DNA of 64,000 nt, from contig NMRA01000147.1 of NCBI GenBank assembly GCA_002633005.1, positions 1 to 64,000 of the forward strand, written 5' to 3'. The position numbers were made by a program, and so were the translations under genes. Source of the stretch: Phoronis australis. Lineage: Eukaryota; Animalia; Phoronida. Positions 52,378-64,000 of this stretch are shown here, one piece after another. The number at the start of each line of letters is the position of its first letter. Within the stretch, counting starts at the first letter, position 1. The notes under the pieces were generated by a model. That model was not told the DNA's origin and ran no database searches. It saw nothing but the letters and a program-made list of their open reading frames with translations.

Positions 52378-54068
52378 TTATAAACGCAAGAGAAGGGATT
52401 GCTGGAGCCTTGGAGGAATAGGTAACTTAATGACATTATCAGGTAAATACCTTTTACCCAGCTGCCTTCTGACTTGATACAAACACAGATCTTTTAATGT
52501 GCGGACATTCCTGCACTGCTTTAGCAACAGTTCGCATAGTTTCCTATCTGCTGCCAACACCGCCGGCAGGTTCCCATCTTGATCTCTGACTTCAAATTGA
52601 CCGCTGGCTGCGATGAGTAGCTCTAAGCAGGCATCATCACGCTCCGTGTTCAAGCCTGAAGCGTGAACGCGGGCAGATCTCATTAAAGGTGTAAGGTTGT
52701 CGTGGTTGCTAATGTCGACGTTAGCATTGTAGTCCAACAAGAGCGACATACACTCCATGTTTCCTTTCATGGAGGCCCAGCTAATGGCAGTACAGTTGTT
52801 GAAGTCCACGGCGTCTACGTCAGCCCCATTAGAAAGGAGCTCACGCATGTTCTCAACTCGCCCTGTGAATGTCGACCAGTGCAGAGAGGTGGCCTGATTG
52901 GCGTCTCTAGAATTAACATCGGCGCCATTTTGAATGAGCAGCTGCAGACAGTCAAGATCCCGTTCAGCCGCATAGTGGATGGCAGATCGACCATAACCAT
53001 CAATGGCCTCAACCTAGAGACACAAAAACGAGATGTTTAAGACATCAACATGACAGACTGTCATTTTTACAATTTACCTTCTGGCAATGAACACTTCTGA
53101 GCTTTTTATTCCATACTCAGTGCCACCTTTACGAATATATATATAGTGTTCTTGTTCAGAACAAACACGCATGCTTTTCCAGTGCAGTACTACCGTAAGT
53201 TTTTAAGTTTCGACCACTTACCACCATCAAATTTGCTACCGATTGCTATCAATAGTATAAGTGACTTCTCGGGTTGGGAAAAACTGAAAGTTTGTTATTA
53301 CTCGAGTTGGCTTACTGACACGGCGAGACATTTTATGCACTGAGCAGTAACCTCAACTCATTGCGACTTCTCAAACTCAGGAATCACATCTGATCAGTTT
53401 TATAAAAAGGTGGTCTTAAAAGAGTCACTTTTTTGGTAGGCAAGTATATAGTTGCTTTAACAGTCATTCGCATGGTGCCATCATGAGGCTCATCACCAAA
53501 ATAGCTTGCAGAAACTATATATACCTTCAGCAATAGCCATGCACTTGTAGCGAAACATCTCCATTTATGGAACGGAAATGGAAAAACTATTCCATAACTT
53601 ATGAGTTCTATCCCATAATTCAACAGTCTAACCTTATATTGACCAATCACGCCATTTTGCTAGGTTGCTCCATTAATGTTTTGAGCATTCTCACGAAACT
53701 ATTGCCCTTCACTCGCATAATTTTGAGTTATCTCTCTTTTCTCGCAAAGAAATTTGGTCTGCGGAAGGTTACCCAGCTTTAAACCTATCGAAGACCAACA
53801 TCAAGTCCACTATCAAGAATTCAGATTGCTTCCAATTTACCTCGGCTCCCCTTTCTATAAGGAGTTCAGCGCATTCAGCATCGCTGGCCATGCAGGCACA
53901 ATGTAATGGAAGCAGTGTTCCATGAAGCCTGTTGACGTCAGCACCCATCTCCAACAGTAGTTCCACATCATCATCCACAGTAGCCAGTGCTTGCCAGTTG
54001 CTGATGGCTCGTATGAGACGGTCCGAAAGCTCATAGGATCGTTGTAGATTAGCCATTGCATACCACAT
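52378..54068 (-). CDS. ASB8: Ankyrin repeat and SOCS box protein 8, 2 coding exons, 287 aa
   Basis: Exons 54068-53841 and 53013-52378, GT-AG, phase 0. MWYAMANLQRSYELSDRLIRAI..GADVNRLHGTLLPLHCACMASDAECAELLIERGAE|VEAIDGYGRSAIHYAAERD..SWASMKGN..SOCS box TLKDLCLYQVRRQLG..LPIPPRLQQSLLL follows vertebrate ASB8 throughout. Confidence 0.95.
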
Positions 54069-57005
54069 TCCACTCAGCACAACCTGAAATGCAGTGGAGC
54101 TGTTGGAGAGAGTTTACAGACATTTTTGTTTCCATCGTTAGTAGTGACCTAGGCTTCCACAGGGGGTAGAACCGATTCTAAGGCCACGACTATATTCCAC
54201 ACACGAACCCAATAATCCATATCCAGTGGCCAAACTCCATACCATGGGACCAGATTCCTCATCGGGGTTTGCATTCTGGTCCCAGGGTATACAATATTTT
54301 CGGCGGTGTGTGAAATGGGTATGGGTATGGAATTTTCATCATGGGGGGAGTGTTTGCTGGTGAAGGAATGGGATTTGGGATACTTAGGAGATGGAAGCTG
54401 GAAGAGCTGATACGCTTTAAAGAATTACTATTGACGTCATCTTTCCAATGTGGCAGTTGCCCATACCCACAAAAAAAACGAACTTAGAAAAGTGTTTGAC
54501 TGTGATAATGCTTGTGGTTCATGCTCACAGTTCTTCTACTTTTATATTAACAAGTCATGTACAAGGTATTGCGGAACGAGCAAATTGTTCACAATTTCTG
54601 ATGAATACTCCTAAACTTTAGAAATTTAGCCTGTTTCACGGAATCTATTTGCTGAATGATGTTAAGAGTAGGTATCATTTTAGAAAATCACGAGTATGGG
54701 CAAATTGACCCACTCAGCCTCAAGTCTTTATGGGCTAATTTGGAGGACCTATGGGTCATATTATTTTTTGCCATTTTTCGCTTCCAATTTCAATGGGCCC
54801 ATTGGCCTGAGTTAAGCAATCACAGTGCATCAATGAAATTATTTTTGCACCAAAGATGAGACGTGCTTGCTCCTAAAATTATTCCAGCAAGAGGTCTGTT
54901 CATCAGGGAATGTGATTTTGCATGGAGTAGATCAATTACGGCATTAGCGATGGCTTCACAGCTGCTTAATATGGGCTAGAATAAATTGTTGACTTAGTCT
55001 AAAACTGGTGATTGATTTCAAGTGCAAATGGTTCGACTGCTGAAATTGAATTCCTGGTAAAAATTTAGATAAGAAAAACAATGTAAAATTAGCCAAAATT
55101 GATGCCTGAGGTATTGGTTCTTGGGTATACGTAGGCAGGTCCCCCATCAGCTGTGCTGTCTCCTTGCGGGGAGGCTGGCAGACGGGTGGCCACTCCATAG
55201 CCCTATGTGGCTCTGTATATTTCCATTTGACCTCCAGCACATTTACTTTAATGGTGTTCATTCTTCAATTTCTTGACTGAACAAAAGACTGTTCACAGGA
55301 GTTATACTTTCAGTTTGGATGAATGTAATGACTCCAACTGCCACTAGAAGGTGTCTAACTTCAGTTAAAATGTACATATAATAACTTTGATAGTTATGGT
55401 GAATATTTAGAGAGTGTAGTAATTAGGCCTCTCTTTAACAATCACTCGCCAGCAGGCAATTGCTCTTTGGTTGACTGCATGGTTAGGACTCCTGGCATTG
55501 AAGCAAGAAGTACCAAGTTTGAAACTTGGAACAAGGTGGCTTTCACACATAGTTTAGCCAGCAAACAGCCAGGATTAGGATGTGGAGTTGTCTAGGTAAC
55601 CCAATGATGAATGGATTACATGTTTCCCACTGGCCAAACCAATAGAAATTAAGATCATAATATACCACACCAAGTAAGATATTTAAAATAAGCTACTATA
55701 CTAAATTTAATTGCCAGCATTCCCACTGAGCCAGATAAACACTCATCACAGTAAAATGCTATACATATGGCGAATGTGTAACCATTTGAAACATGTCTTA
55801 ACTTACTCCTGGATGAAGGTGGAGCAAAATGGAGCTGAACAAGAGAACGCTCTTTCAAGCTGCATCATTATATATAGTAAACCAGTGATTTTCTGAGAAC
55901 TCATGATATTTTTTTAAGTAATACAAAATGCTAAGTTAAAACGTGATCCGAAGACTGAGAGTGAAAGACAACGTCGGGAAACTGAATATGCTTACACAAA
56001 CACTCGCTAAACCGCTATGAGAAAATTATACTGATGTAGTCATGTTTATTCCGATGCATTAAGTTTTCCCACAGGCATACACCACTTATGGCTTAAGATC
56101 TAACGCTGATTGCTAAATCTCATCTTCTGAAAGGGGAGTAAATATGATATCGCACAATTAAGCCAAGTATGTTCTGAATTATCTTTAAAAAACACCAACT
56201 AGTAAACCCTCGAAGAACCTAAATATCGGACACACTTCCGCGTACGCCACTGCTGCGGAAAACTGGCTAACCATATGTTATATGGCTGCAGGCAGGCACC
56301 TTGTCGCCAAATTGCAGCTCGTTTGTTTTGATATATTTGCTGCAAGAACACTGTGAGCTCTGTTCGCAACAAAACTATCCATAAAATGTAATCTGATGAC
56401 AGCACTAAGTTTTTTCGATGAATCATTGCCGACGACTGAAGCAGGTGTAATCTCACTTCAGTTTTTAGTATTTCTGTGCCACGACACACATACGTGCGCG
56501 GCCAGTCAGTCATTTCTTGATTTTAAAACAAATGAAAAAATGAAACTGTGGAGCCTGTCAGCGTTTATTGAGGTCATTTCCTTGTGGAGAAAGATTTTGT
56601 TGGTTTCAACTTTTATAACCATTTCATGCGATTGTCCCTTCTGGACCACCTTGGGGTCGGCCCGGTCTAAATTGCACCCTCTCTCGGTGAAATCAAAACG
56701 AAGCAAAGCCATAATAAAAAATGAGACAGTGCCAGGAAATTACATGGATTATGGCGAAATGGAAATTGATGTCATTTATTACTCAGTTTATGCTTCTGGT
56801 AAGATTTTATAATAACTCCGATGTTTAGGTCCGTCAGATGCACTGTTGTCTATCAACAGCTTCTATGTCATTGAACTGTCTCCCTGGAGGTCTTTGCGAA
56901 AACCACTATTGATGGTAGGCCCTATAAACCTGAAATATATCAGCAGATTTGTCTTTGCTTTTGCCTCAGCCTTGACTTCAACTGTGCTATAGGCCGCCCC
57001 TACAC

Positions 57006-57062
57006 TAGGCAATGACCATCGCCTCTGCGGTTCGGGACAACAGAGGCGATGGTCATTGCCTA
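57006..57062. repeat. Perfect 22 bp hairpin element, copy 1
   Basis: taggcaatgaccatcgcctctg - 13 nt loop - cagaggcgatggtcattgccta. Confidence 0.85.
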
Positions 57063-57249
57063 TCCTACGCTACACGTAACCCACTGAAAGTGCTCAGTGG
57101 TAAACTACAAGCACAGGTGCAGCAATAATGATTTACGTTTACTGAGACTTTAGTTACTAATATTCACACAAACAATGCAGTAGAGAGTGTACAATCTTCA
57201 CGGCGGAGCAACACGATGTGAAGTATCAACTCCGAACAGTAACACACCA

Positions 57250-57420
57250 AGACTTCCTCCAGCTGTCCCGAAACGATTAGATGTCAACAAAGGACAAACA
57301 GACAGTTTTGACTTCCGCGAATCTCAATAGGTCGCACTGTGCGAAACGCGGCAGTGATAATTTTTTCACCGACAGATGACAGCACTATATACCCGCATCC
57401 GGGGACTGAAAATGGCGGAA
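57250..57420. promoter_or_regulatory. Putative bidirectional promoter shared by ASB8 and MLX
   Basis: CpG-enriched; ETS-type acttccg at ~57311; YY1-type aaaatggcgg over the MLX ATG; divergent genes. ASB8 has a splice acceptor at 54084-54086 just upstream of its ATG, which implies an upstream non-coding exon (location inferred). Confidence 0.5.
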
Positions 57421-60400
57421 GATAATGAGGGAATCTGGATGAGTTCCCAGGTTTACAAAACTAGCTTCTCAAGTAGCTTTATACTTTAATTTAATGGATT
57501 GTTGTGAATTTTTTTCATGTGCTAATGTCCGTGAATCATATGATTGCATTTATCTTGAAAATATTCTTTCTCTCGATTGGTGGTTAGTGGTGAACGTCAG
57601 CTGATTCTATTGTATTGCGACGTTTAGGCAATGACCATCGCCTCTGTTGGCCCGAAGCAGAGGCGATGTAGAGGCTATAGGCACCCTGTACGCCGGAAGC
57701 TTTTCGGCGAATTTTGCCTCGCACCGACTAAACCATCAAAGTCACGTTGTTATAAATACCTTTTGCGCATATAGAGGAACACCTTAGGAGGTTGTCATTG
57801 CCTATGTGACGTTGTGCCCGGACAGTGATGAAATCCCACCGTTGCCACCAAAATGTTGTGTGCCGCCCTTACCACGTTATTCTAATATATCATACAATTA
57901 GAAGACAGCTTACCTAATTGGATATACCAGGGCTTGGAATTTTCCGTGGAAACGCGGATTTCCGCTTTTTTCAAATGTGCTTTCCGCTTTTTTTATAATA
58001 TTACCGCGTAAAAAAATCGGATTTGATATAAAATTTCCGCGGCAAATTCCTTTCTTACCGCGGCGTTGCAGACGACGTTCACCTCGAAAAGCGGAAGTTG
58101 CTCTTAATGTTTCGGAGGAACGTAAATTGTCAACATTGCCGGGGCATCTGGGACAGCGTGGTGTGATTTTCAATGGTGTCTCGTGTTATTGTTAAGCGCG
58201 GTGACAAATACTACCGCTCTGCAGCCAAAAGTGTGTGGGTTGGGAGTGGATGGGCGAGCTAAAAGGACGCAGACGCATGTTACTGATGGTGGTAACGTTT
58301 TTTTTTTTTTTTTAGTCCTCCCGATGTTTGTCGGGGAAAGGTTCACATTGACCATTTCAAGACTGTTTATCGGGCATGATTTGGGCCGTAAAAGTTTCAA
58401 AGTTTCCGCGTTTTTTGTCATTGGTCATTCCAAGCCCTGATATACACTGGTCCCTGACACAGTAAAACCACTTGAAGAACTAATTAATGCGAGATCTGAG
58501 TCTTTATTAATATTAAGGCTTATTAGGGCTGTAGGATACGTCTTATCTCTTGCGAGTCTCAAGTAAGAAGCCAGTATTTCTAGGCAATATTCAGTTTTTC
58601 TATTTAGTTGGTCCCACAACCCCTGGTGTAGGGTTGGTGATCCCCTTGTGTATTTTGTCTACAGTTGTTATTACTGGGAATTGGCAATAACTTTAGATAG
58701 AAAATATACTGAAAACCAGAAAGCCCAACAGGTTCAGACTTACTGTCAATACATTTTATCATTTAAGGAATGTTGTTTATCCTTTACTGTTGCAATTAAA
58801 GCTGCATTTTGCTCTGTTTAGTTGGGTAAAACATGATAGGATTCTGTTTCTGTTTCTAACAAGAACATCAAAAAACTAATAGCAACTTGTCAGGAAATGC
58901 TTCAAAATGTAACTTCATGGAGGTTAGCCCATTCAAAAATTATGCATTAAGCTGACATGTAAGGGTTTGCAGTCTTGAAATTTTGATCAAAGCTACACTT
59001 TATTTCCAACTTTATATTGATTTATTTTTCAGACACCTTCACAAGATACCAGTCTGAATAGCCTAGACAGTAAGTTAATTAATATTTGGTTGTTGAAATG
59101 TAATTATGTGAAAAAAAAGAATTCTAATCACATTTTCTATGTATTCTGTGGTTTGGTTTCCCTTCATGAAGTGGATTAATTAAGATTCCTTAAAAATAGC
59201 TATGCAGTACTTACTAGGTGAAGCTGAACTCGCAATGGCATTCAAGAATAAATCAAGTTAAAGGTATTGAATCTTCCTATTGGAGCAATCAATGAACTCC
59301 AATGATTCATTATTTTCTTAAGTGTAGTTTGGAACAATAACTTTCAGTAATCATGAAAAAATAAGGGCTACTCGAAAGCTCAAACAATGGATATAAAAGG
59401 GTGGCGCTGTTTTAAGCGGATTGCATCGATAAACATGTGGGGAAATTTCTTTTCAAACAATGTGCAGTGTTCACCACAACCTGTTTTGACTCGTCACTGC
59501 GTAGAGTTTGAATTTTATGTTGACTACTTTGACTTAGTTTCATCATGTTTGAAAACCTATGCAACGAATTTTAAGTATTAGAAAATTAGTTATTTCTTAA
59601 GCAAATTAGGTCATTTTTGATTTTTTTTTTGTACCAGTTCAATGCATTTATGCTAAGACCTAGCACACAAACTTCCTGCACCATGGACATGGACATGGAC
59701 TTGGAACACAAACATGTATTTTGTTATTTCAAGTTGAGTATGAATTTTCTGTTGTAGAGAACACTGATGTGTGTGCTGAATACAAGTATTTTCTAAAATA
59801 GTTGTGATGTAGTAGCTGACTGATAAATGTTATGTTATTGTGTGATCTCAAAATTACTTTAGTTTGAACAGAAACATTTGACAGCTGTTTGACTCTGGCT
59901 GTTTAATACAAGAGGCTGAATAACAGAACATAAATCGATGAAAATAATCGTTCTGTTATTTGTTATTGAACTTGTTTCGGCTTTACTACTTGTTTGGGCA
60001 ATTATTAAATTGAATCACATCACATTGGTTAAATGTCAGTGCACGCATAAACTCTTCAATTTGCATAATATTCATTGCAGGCTCTCTAAGAATGGATCTC
60101 AACCCAACGTTCTCAAGAGCTAGCAGTACTGGCTCCATCCCTGGGACTGCCTACTCCTCTTGCTCATCCAATCAGAACACAGGTGACTGTTTTAAGTGGC
60201 AGATTTTGTTGTCATTACCAGTTGAATGACCTCTGACACTTCCCCTAACACCAAGTGAAATTTTGCCTGTGACTGGTGAAATGGAAACTACAGAGGAACT
60301 TGAGTAATTTTGTGTCATGTACTTTTTGTGAAGGGTTAAAGCTCTGTACTTTGCCCTATTTACCTGGCTAAAAGAACAAATTAGACCTTCTCTGATGAAA

Positions 60401-63400
60401 GCAATAATTCAAGTGTGCAGTATTGCTTTAAAAATTTAGACAAGACAGCTTTTAATTTTGTAGCATTCGTGTAGTGCCCTTTCAAATTCAAATCCTTAGT
60501 AAATTCTATCAGTAAGGTGTGTGGTTGAAGTAAATGCAGAATTAATCTCATTTATTTTCCCTTTTGGGGTCTGCGTTTTACTGTGTTAAATTATTTGTCA
60601 ACACTGTTGAAATGTGTGCTTGTATGAGGAGTACCTTGGAAAGCACTGTTTTCGCTGAGGAGTGTGCCCACATGTTAAAAAATAATAAATAAGGAAATGA
60701 ATATTACATTAAATGAATTATGTAACTATTCATCCAATTATGTGTTGATATTAACGTAGTATCTACTATTGTATAAATATTATTTAGATTATGCTGTAAA
60801 ACTGGTGTAAGTCGGATCCAACCAGACCAAGAGATTTTATCCGAGTGAGGCTGGCGAAATCCAAATCTGAAGGTCTGTGTGCAACAACAGTTTCACGTAA
60901 CTTAGTCCGACTTTACCGAAAATTTAACTTGTGCATTTCCAACTTGCACAAGTTTTACTCCACACAAATATTGAATGTTTTCAGACGATGAAGACAGTGA
61001 TCACAAACAGTCCATGTCGTATAAAGACAGGAGGAGAGAGGCACACACATTTGCTGAGCAGAAAAGGAGGGACGCTATTAAGGTAAATCTCGTTGGTTTT
61101 AACTTACGTCCAATTGACTTGCTGCCAATATTTTCTTGTACAAGCCCATTTGTGTGCGAGGTTTGACACTTCCACAATCTACAGGGTGTCATTTGCGAAC
61201 TTCATCCAATTTCCATGTTACAGTGACTCGCACTTTAAATTTCTGGTTACAAAATGTTTGCGTTTTTTTGTTAAAACTGTTTTATTTATGCTGTTAGACA
61301 ACAGAATGTTTTTTTTCCAGTCTGTGACTAATTAAATAAATCCTTCTGCTCCTTAAGTCTATCTTCTGCAAGATTCACTGTTTCTGCTCCGTGAATGAAA
61401 TTAGATATTATTTTGCCTCTGAGCATCGTAGTGACAAAATCGATGGTTTGTCAAATCATAGGTTTGTTACTAGCCAGAAACAAACACAAGCCTATGACCA
61501 CCAGGTAGTGCAATAGGTTGTTTACTGAAATTATCTCTGTTTCTTGTTCCCTCACTGAATTTTCCTTTGCATTTTACAGAAAGGTTATGACGAGTTACAG
61601 TCTCTTGTGCCAACGTGTCAGCAAAATGATGCTATAGCCAGTCAGAAACTGAGCAAGGCGACAGTATTGCAAAGATGTAAGCCCAATATTTTAATGGAAA
61701 TTTGAATGTTCATGTAAGTGAACCTCTCAAACATGTACTGGTGTATCAGCAGGTAGCTGCCTGCTGAACACCTGGACAGTGATTTGAGTGGATGAGACAT
61801 GCAAAAACTCACACGTGTGATTATTAGGGAATGTTTAAATCACCGAATGCATTAATTGTGATAAAATTGGCATCAACTTGTTCCTTTCTCCGAGGCGAAG
61901 TGATTTCAGAGTTTGCAAAGAATTGGCAGTTCATTATTCATTGAGACTACGCTCAGTGCGTAAAATGACACGCCAAGACAAACCCACCTTTACAGCCTGG
62001 TCTCGAGCAATAAGTAAATGTCAGTTCTTTCGTAGCCCTGACATCTTCTCCAGTTTGAAACGTGTTTGATAATGGCAAGTAGTCGTAAGTGAAATGTTAT
62101 TTTTTGTGATGGAATACTGGTTTACAACTTCTTTTCAGTTTTTCCTCACATGTTGTGTTAAAGGTTACTTTTCGATGTTAGTAGCAAGTGTCAGTAACCA
62201 ACAATGAGGGGATTTTCTAGTGTAAGAAATGTATTCTTGTCGATAACTCAGGCCAAGGGCTAGTGAAAGCTTCTACCAATAGTTCAAGCAATAATAATAG
62301 TCTTTTGTGCCTCTCGCAGATTCATGCCTTTGATGAAATCCTGTGGATTTCAGCAGACCTATTCCAAAATCTTTAATTTACGCAATATGCTCAGTGCTTA
62401 AAGGGACCCCTGTATTCTGATTGAGTAACTATCTGTTGCATGTTTTCCAGCCATTGATTACATCCAGTTCCTGATTCAACAGAAGAAGAAGCAAGAAGAT
62501 GAGTTGGACATTCTACGCAAGGAAGTGATGGCACTCAAGATTATGAAGGCGTTAGTTGTTTATTTGGCTATTATAAATGCCAAATGCTCACGTACGAGCA
62601 ACAGTTGCTTGCTGGGGTCCCAGGTTTTGAGAACCAGTTTGATGCCCGTTACTGAGTGGACAAAACTGGGTCTCAAAATGAAGGACCCTTGTAAGTGACT
62701 ATTGCTTACATCCGTTGCAGAGAATTGTGGTACAATCAAAATATTAGTGGCATGGGAAAGGGTTATGTATTAGTGTCTACTAAATGCACTTATTGAGGAA
62801 AACTTCACATGATCAATGCAGCGGCCTAGTGGCCCTGTCCTTGGTATCTTATAATTGGTTCGCTGCATATTTGTCAAGATTAAGAAAGAGGTGTTGACTA
62901 GATATAAAATGAGATAGATATAAAATGAGATGCTTGCTCTCTAGTAGTCAGTAACTGGTGAACTTTAAGCATCGAACTTGTAATACAGAAAAGAAAGGCA
63001 ATTTACGGTAAAATCTCACCAATTTTTGACAAAAGTAACTGCCACACTCCACCTTTTTTTCATTTTTCAAATGATGATGATGTGAACGTCAATTATTTCT
63101 TTAAAAAATTGTTAATGTTACATGTGGTATTGGATTTAAAAATGATAAAACGTTTATTTGGTGTTACTTATCGTTTATAAAGTAAATGAATCTCTTGTCT
63201 GCCGTATTCAATTCAAAATCAAATTTTCACAACACTAAGACTACAGTCTGATGAACACGATTGTGAAATTGACCTGGGTTTCTCACCCTCATTTACATAA
63301 TTTATGTTGCTAGTTATGTTGAGTTCACAAGACTGGAAGACCTTGGTTCGTTTGTCAGCACATTCAAGTGAATTCACAATTTCATGAGATACCTCTGCTT

Positions 63401-63839
63401 TAAACTTGTCGTGAAGTTTTGTTTTAGACTGTTCCCTGTTATGAAATTGGTCTCCAATTGCTTCCTAGTCAAGTTAGAGGAGATTTCTCGGCTTGGAGAG
63501 AACTGAGAGTTCATTATTGGTTGCAACTAGGCTCTACAAGTTGGCTTGTAAGAACAGGTCATTTTATTTGCTGACCAATGTCTCCAGTAATTACCCTCTG
63601 TCAGTTATCCAGGCCCAGAAACCTCATCTCACAAACAATTTAAGATCAGTGTTATGGAGGTAAGTGATCTAAAATTGAATGTGAGTCTTTTTTGACGGAA
63701 CACTGATTCGTAACAGCTTTAAATGCTTTGTAAATATTTTTTCCTTATTTTCAGTAATTATGAGCACATTGTCAAAGCTCACCAGAACACCCCTCAACAT
63801 GGACAGAACCAAATTTCTGATGAAATCAAATTCCAAGTG
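57412..63839 (+). CDS. MLX: Max-like protein X (bHLH-ZIP), 7 coding exons visible, 3'-incomplete
   Basis: Exons 57412-57450, 59033-59069, 60081-60182, 60985-61082, 61580-61676, 62451-62550, 63755-63839; GT-AG and phase-consistent. FSRASSTGS..DDEDSD..SYKDRRREAHTFAEQKRRDAIKKGYDELQSLVPTCQQ..QKLSKATVLQRSIDYIQFL..ALKIMKANYEHIVKAHQN..ISDEIKFQV. Exons 1-2 are less certain. Confidence 0.93.
57625..57804. repeat. Hairpin element, copy 2, inverted and interrupted
   Basis: Same 22 bp arm at 57625-57646; right arm split into cagaggcgatg (57658-57668) and gtcattgccta (57794-57804) by ~125 bp. Confidence 0.75.
57928..58439. mobile_element. hAT-like MITE in MLX intron 1
   Basis: TIR cagggcttggaat / attccaagccctg; 6 bp flanking direct repeat atatac; subterminal ttccgc/gcggaa repeats. 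Confidence 0.8.
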
Positions 63840-64000
63840 GTAAGTTGAAAATTTTGTTGGTACGAAAAGTTGTGATTTGACAGAATACCTTAGTAGATGG
63901 CCTCCCATTTGATCAACCTTCAATGTTGCCTTGTTTGCCCCAGGTATGAATGTGGGTTTCAGCAGTGACTTTTTACCTATGAACCTGGTCACTGCTGACC

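Noticed and set aside
55470-55610. tRNA-like A/B box sequence
   Set aside because: No cloverleaf; at most a very old SINE head, too degenerate to call.
56390-56445. Box C/D-like tgatga...ctga
   Set aside because: Too short, no terminal stem, and antisense to the presumed host (ASB8) intron.
63245-63275. ctgatga-acacgattgt-gaaa as a hammerhead
   Set aside because: Only a 3 bp stem II and no convincing stem I or III; likely chance.

Overview
AT-rich metazoan genomic DNA with spliceosomal GT-AG introns, probably from an aquatic invertebrate (inferred from the transposon families; the species cannot be named from the sequence). There is no prokaryotic operon, CRISPR array, rRNA or intact tRNA. 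The left half (~1-36 kb) is repeat-dominated. It holds a ~25 kb tandem array of at least 9 decayed, rearranged copies of a roughly 2.4 kb unit of unknown origin, whose minus strand gives fragments resembling a Cys-rich multi-pass membrane protein. Within and beyond the array lie a Sola3-type transposon remnant, THAP remnants, Helentron-associated (HINE-like) elements, a Penelope-type insert, an RTE-X-like LINE fragment, and a nested stack of MITE > Kolobok > Kolobok. The right half holds three spliced genes: an arylsulfatase B/I/J-like gene (+, 8 coding exons, 573 aa), ASB8 (-, 2 coding exons, 287 aa) and MLX (+, 7 coding exons visible, running off the window). ASB8 and MLX are head-to-head. 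The best candidates for something unusual are (i) a HINE whose ~150 bp monomers each carry a CTCF-consensus motif in a trimeric higher-order repeat, paralleled by a second HINE family carrying nuclear-receptor DR1 motifs; (ii) the unidentified pseudogene-like tandem array; (iii) a palindromic Kolobok derivative inserted into its own family's terminal inverted repeat (TIR); and (iv) minimal hammerhead-ribozyme motifs. No intact novel protein-coding system is supported by the sequence.
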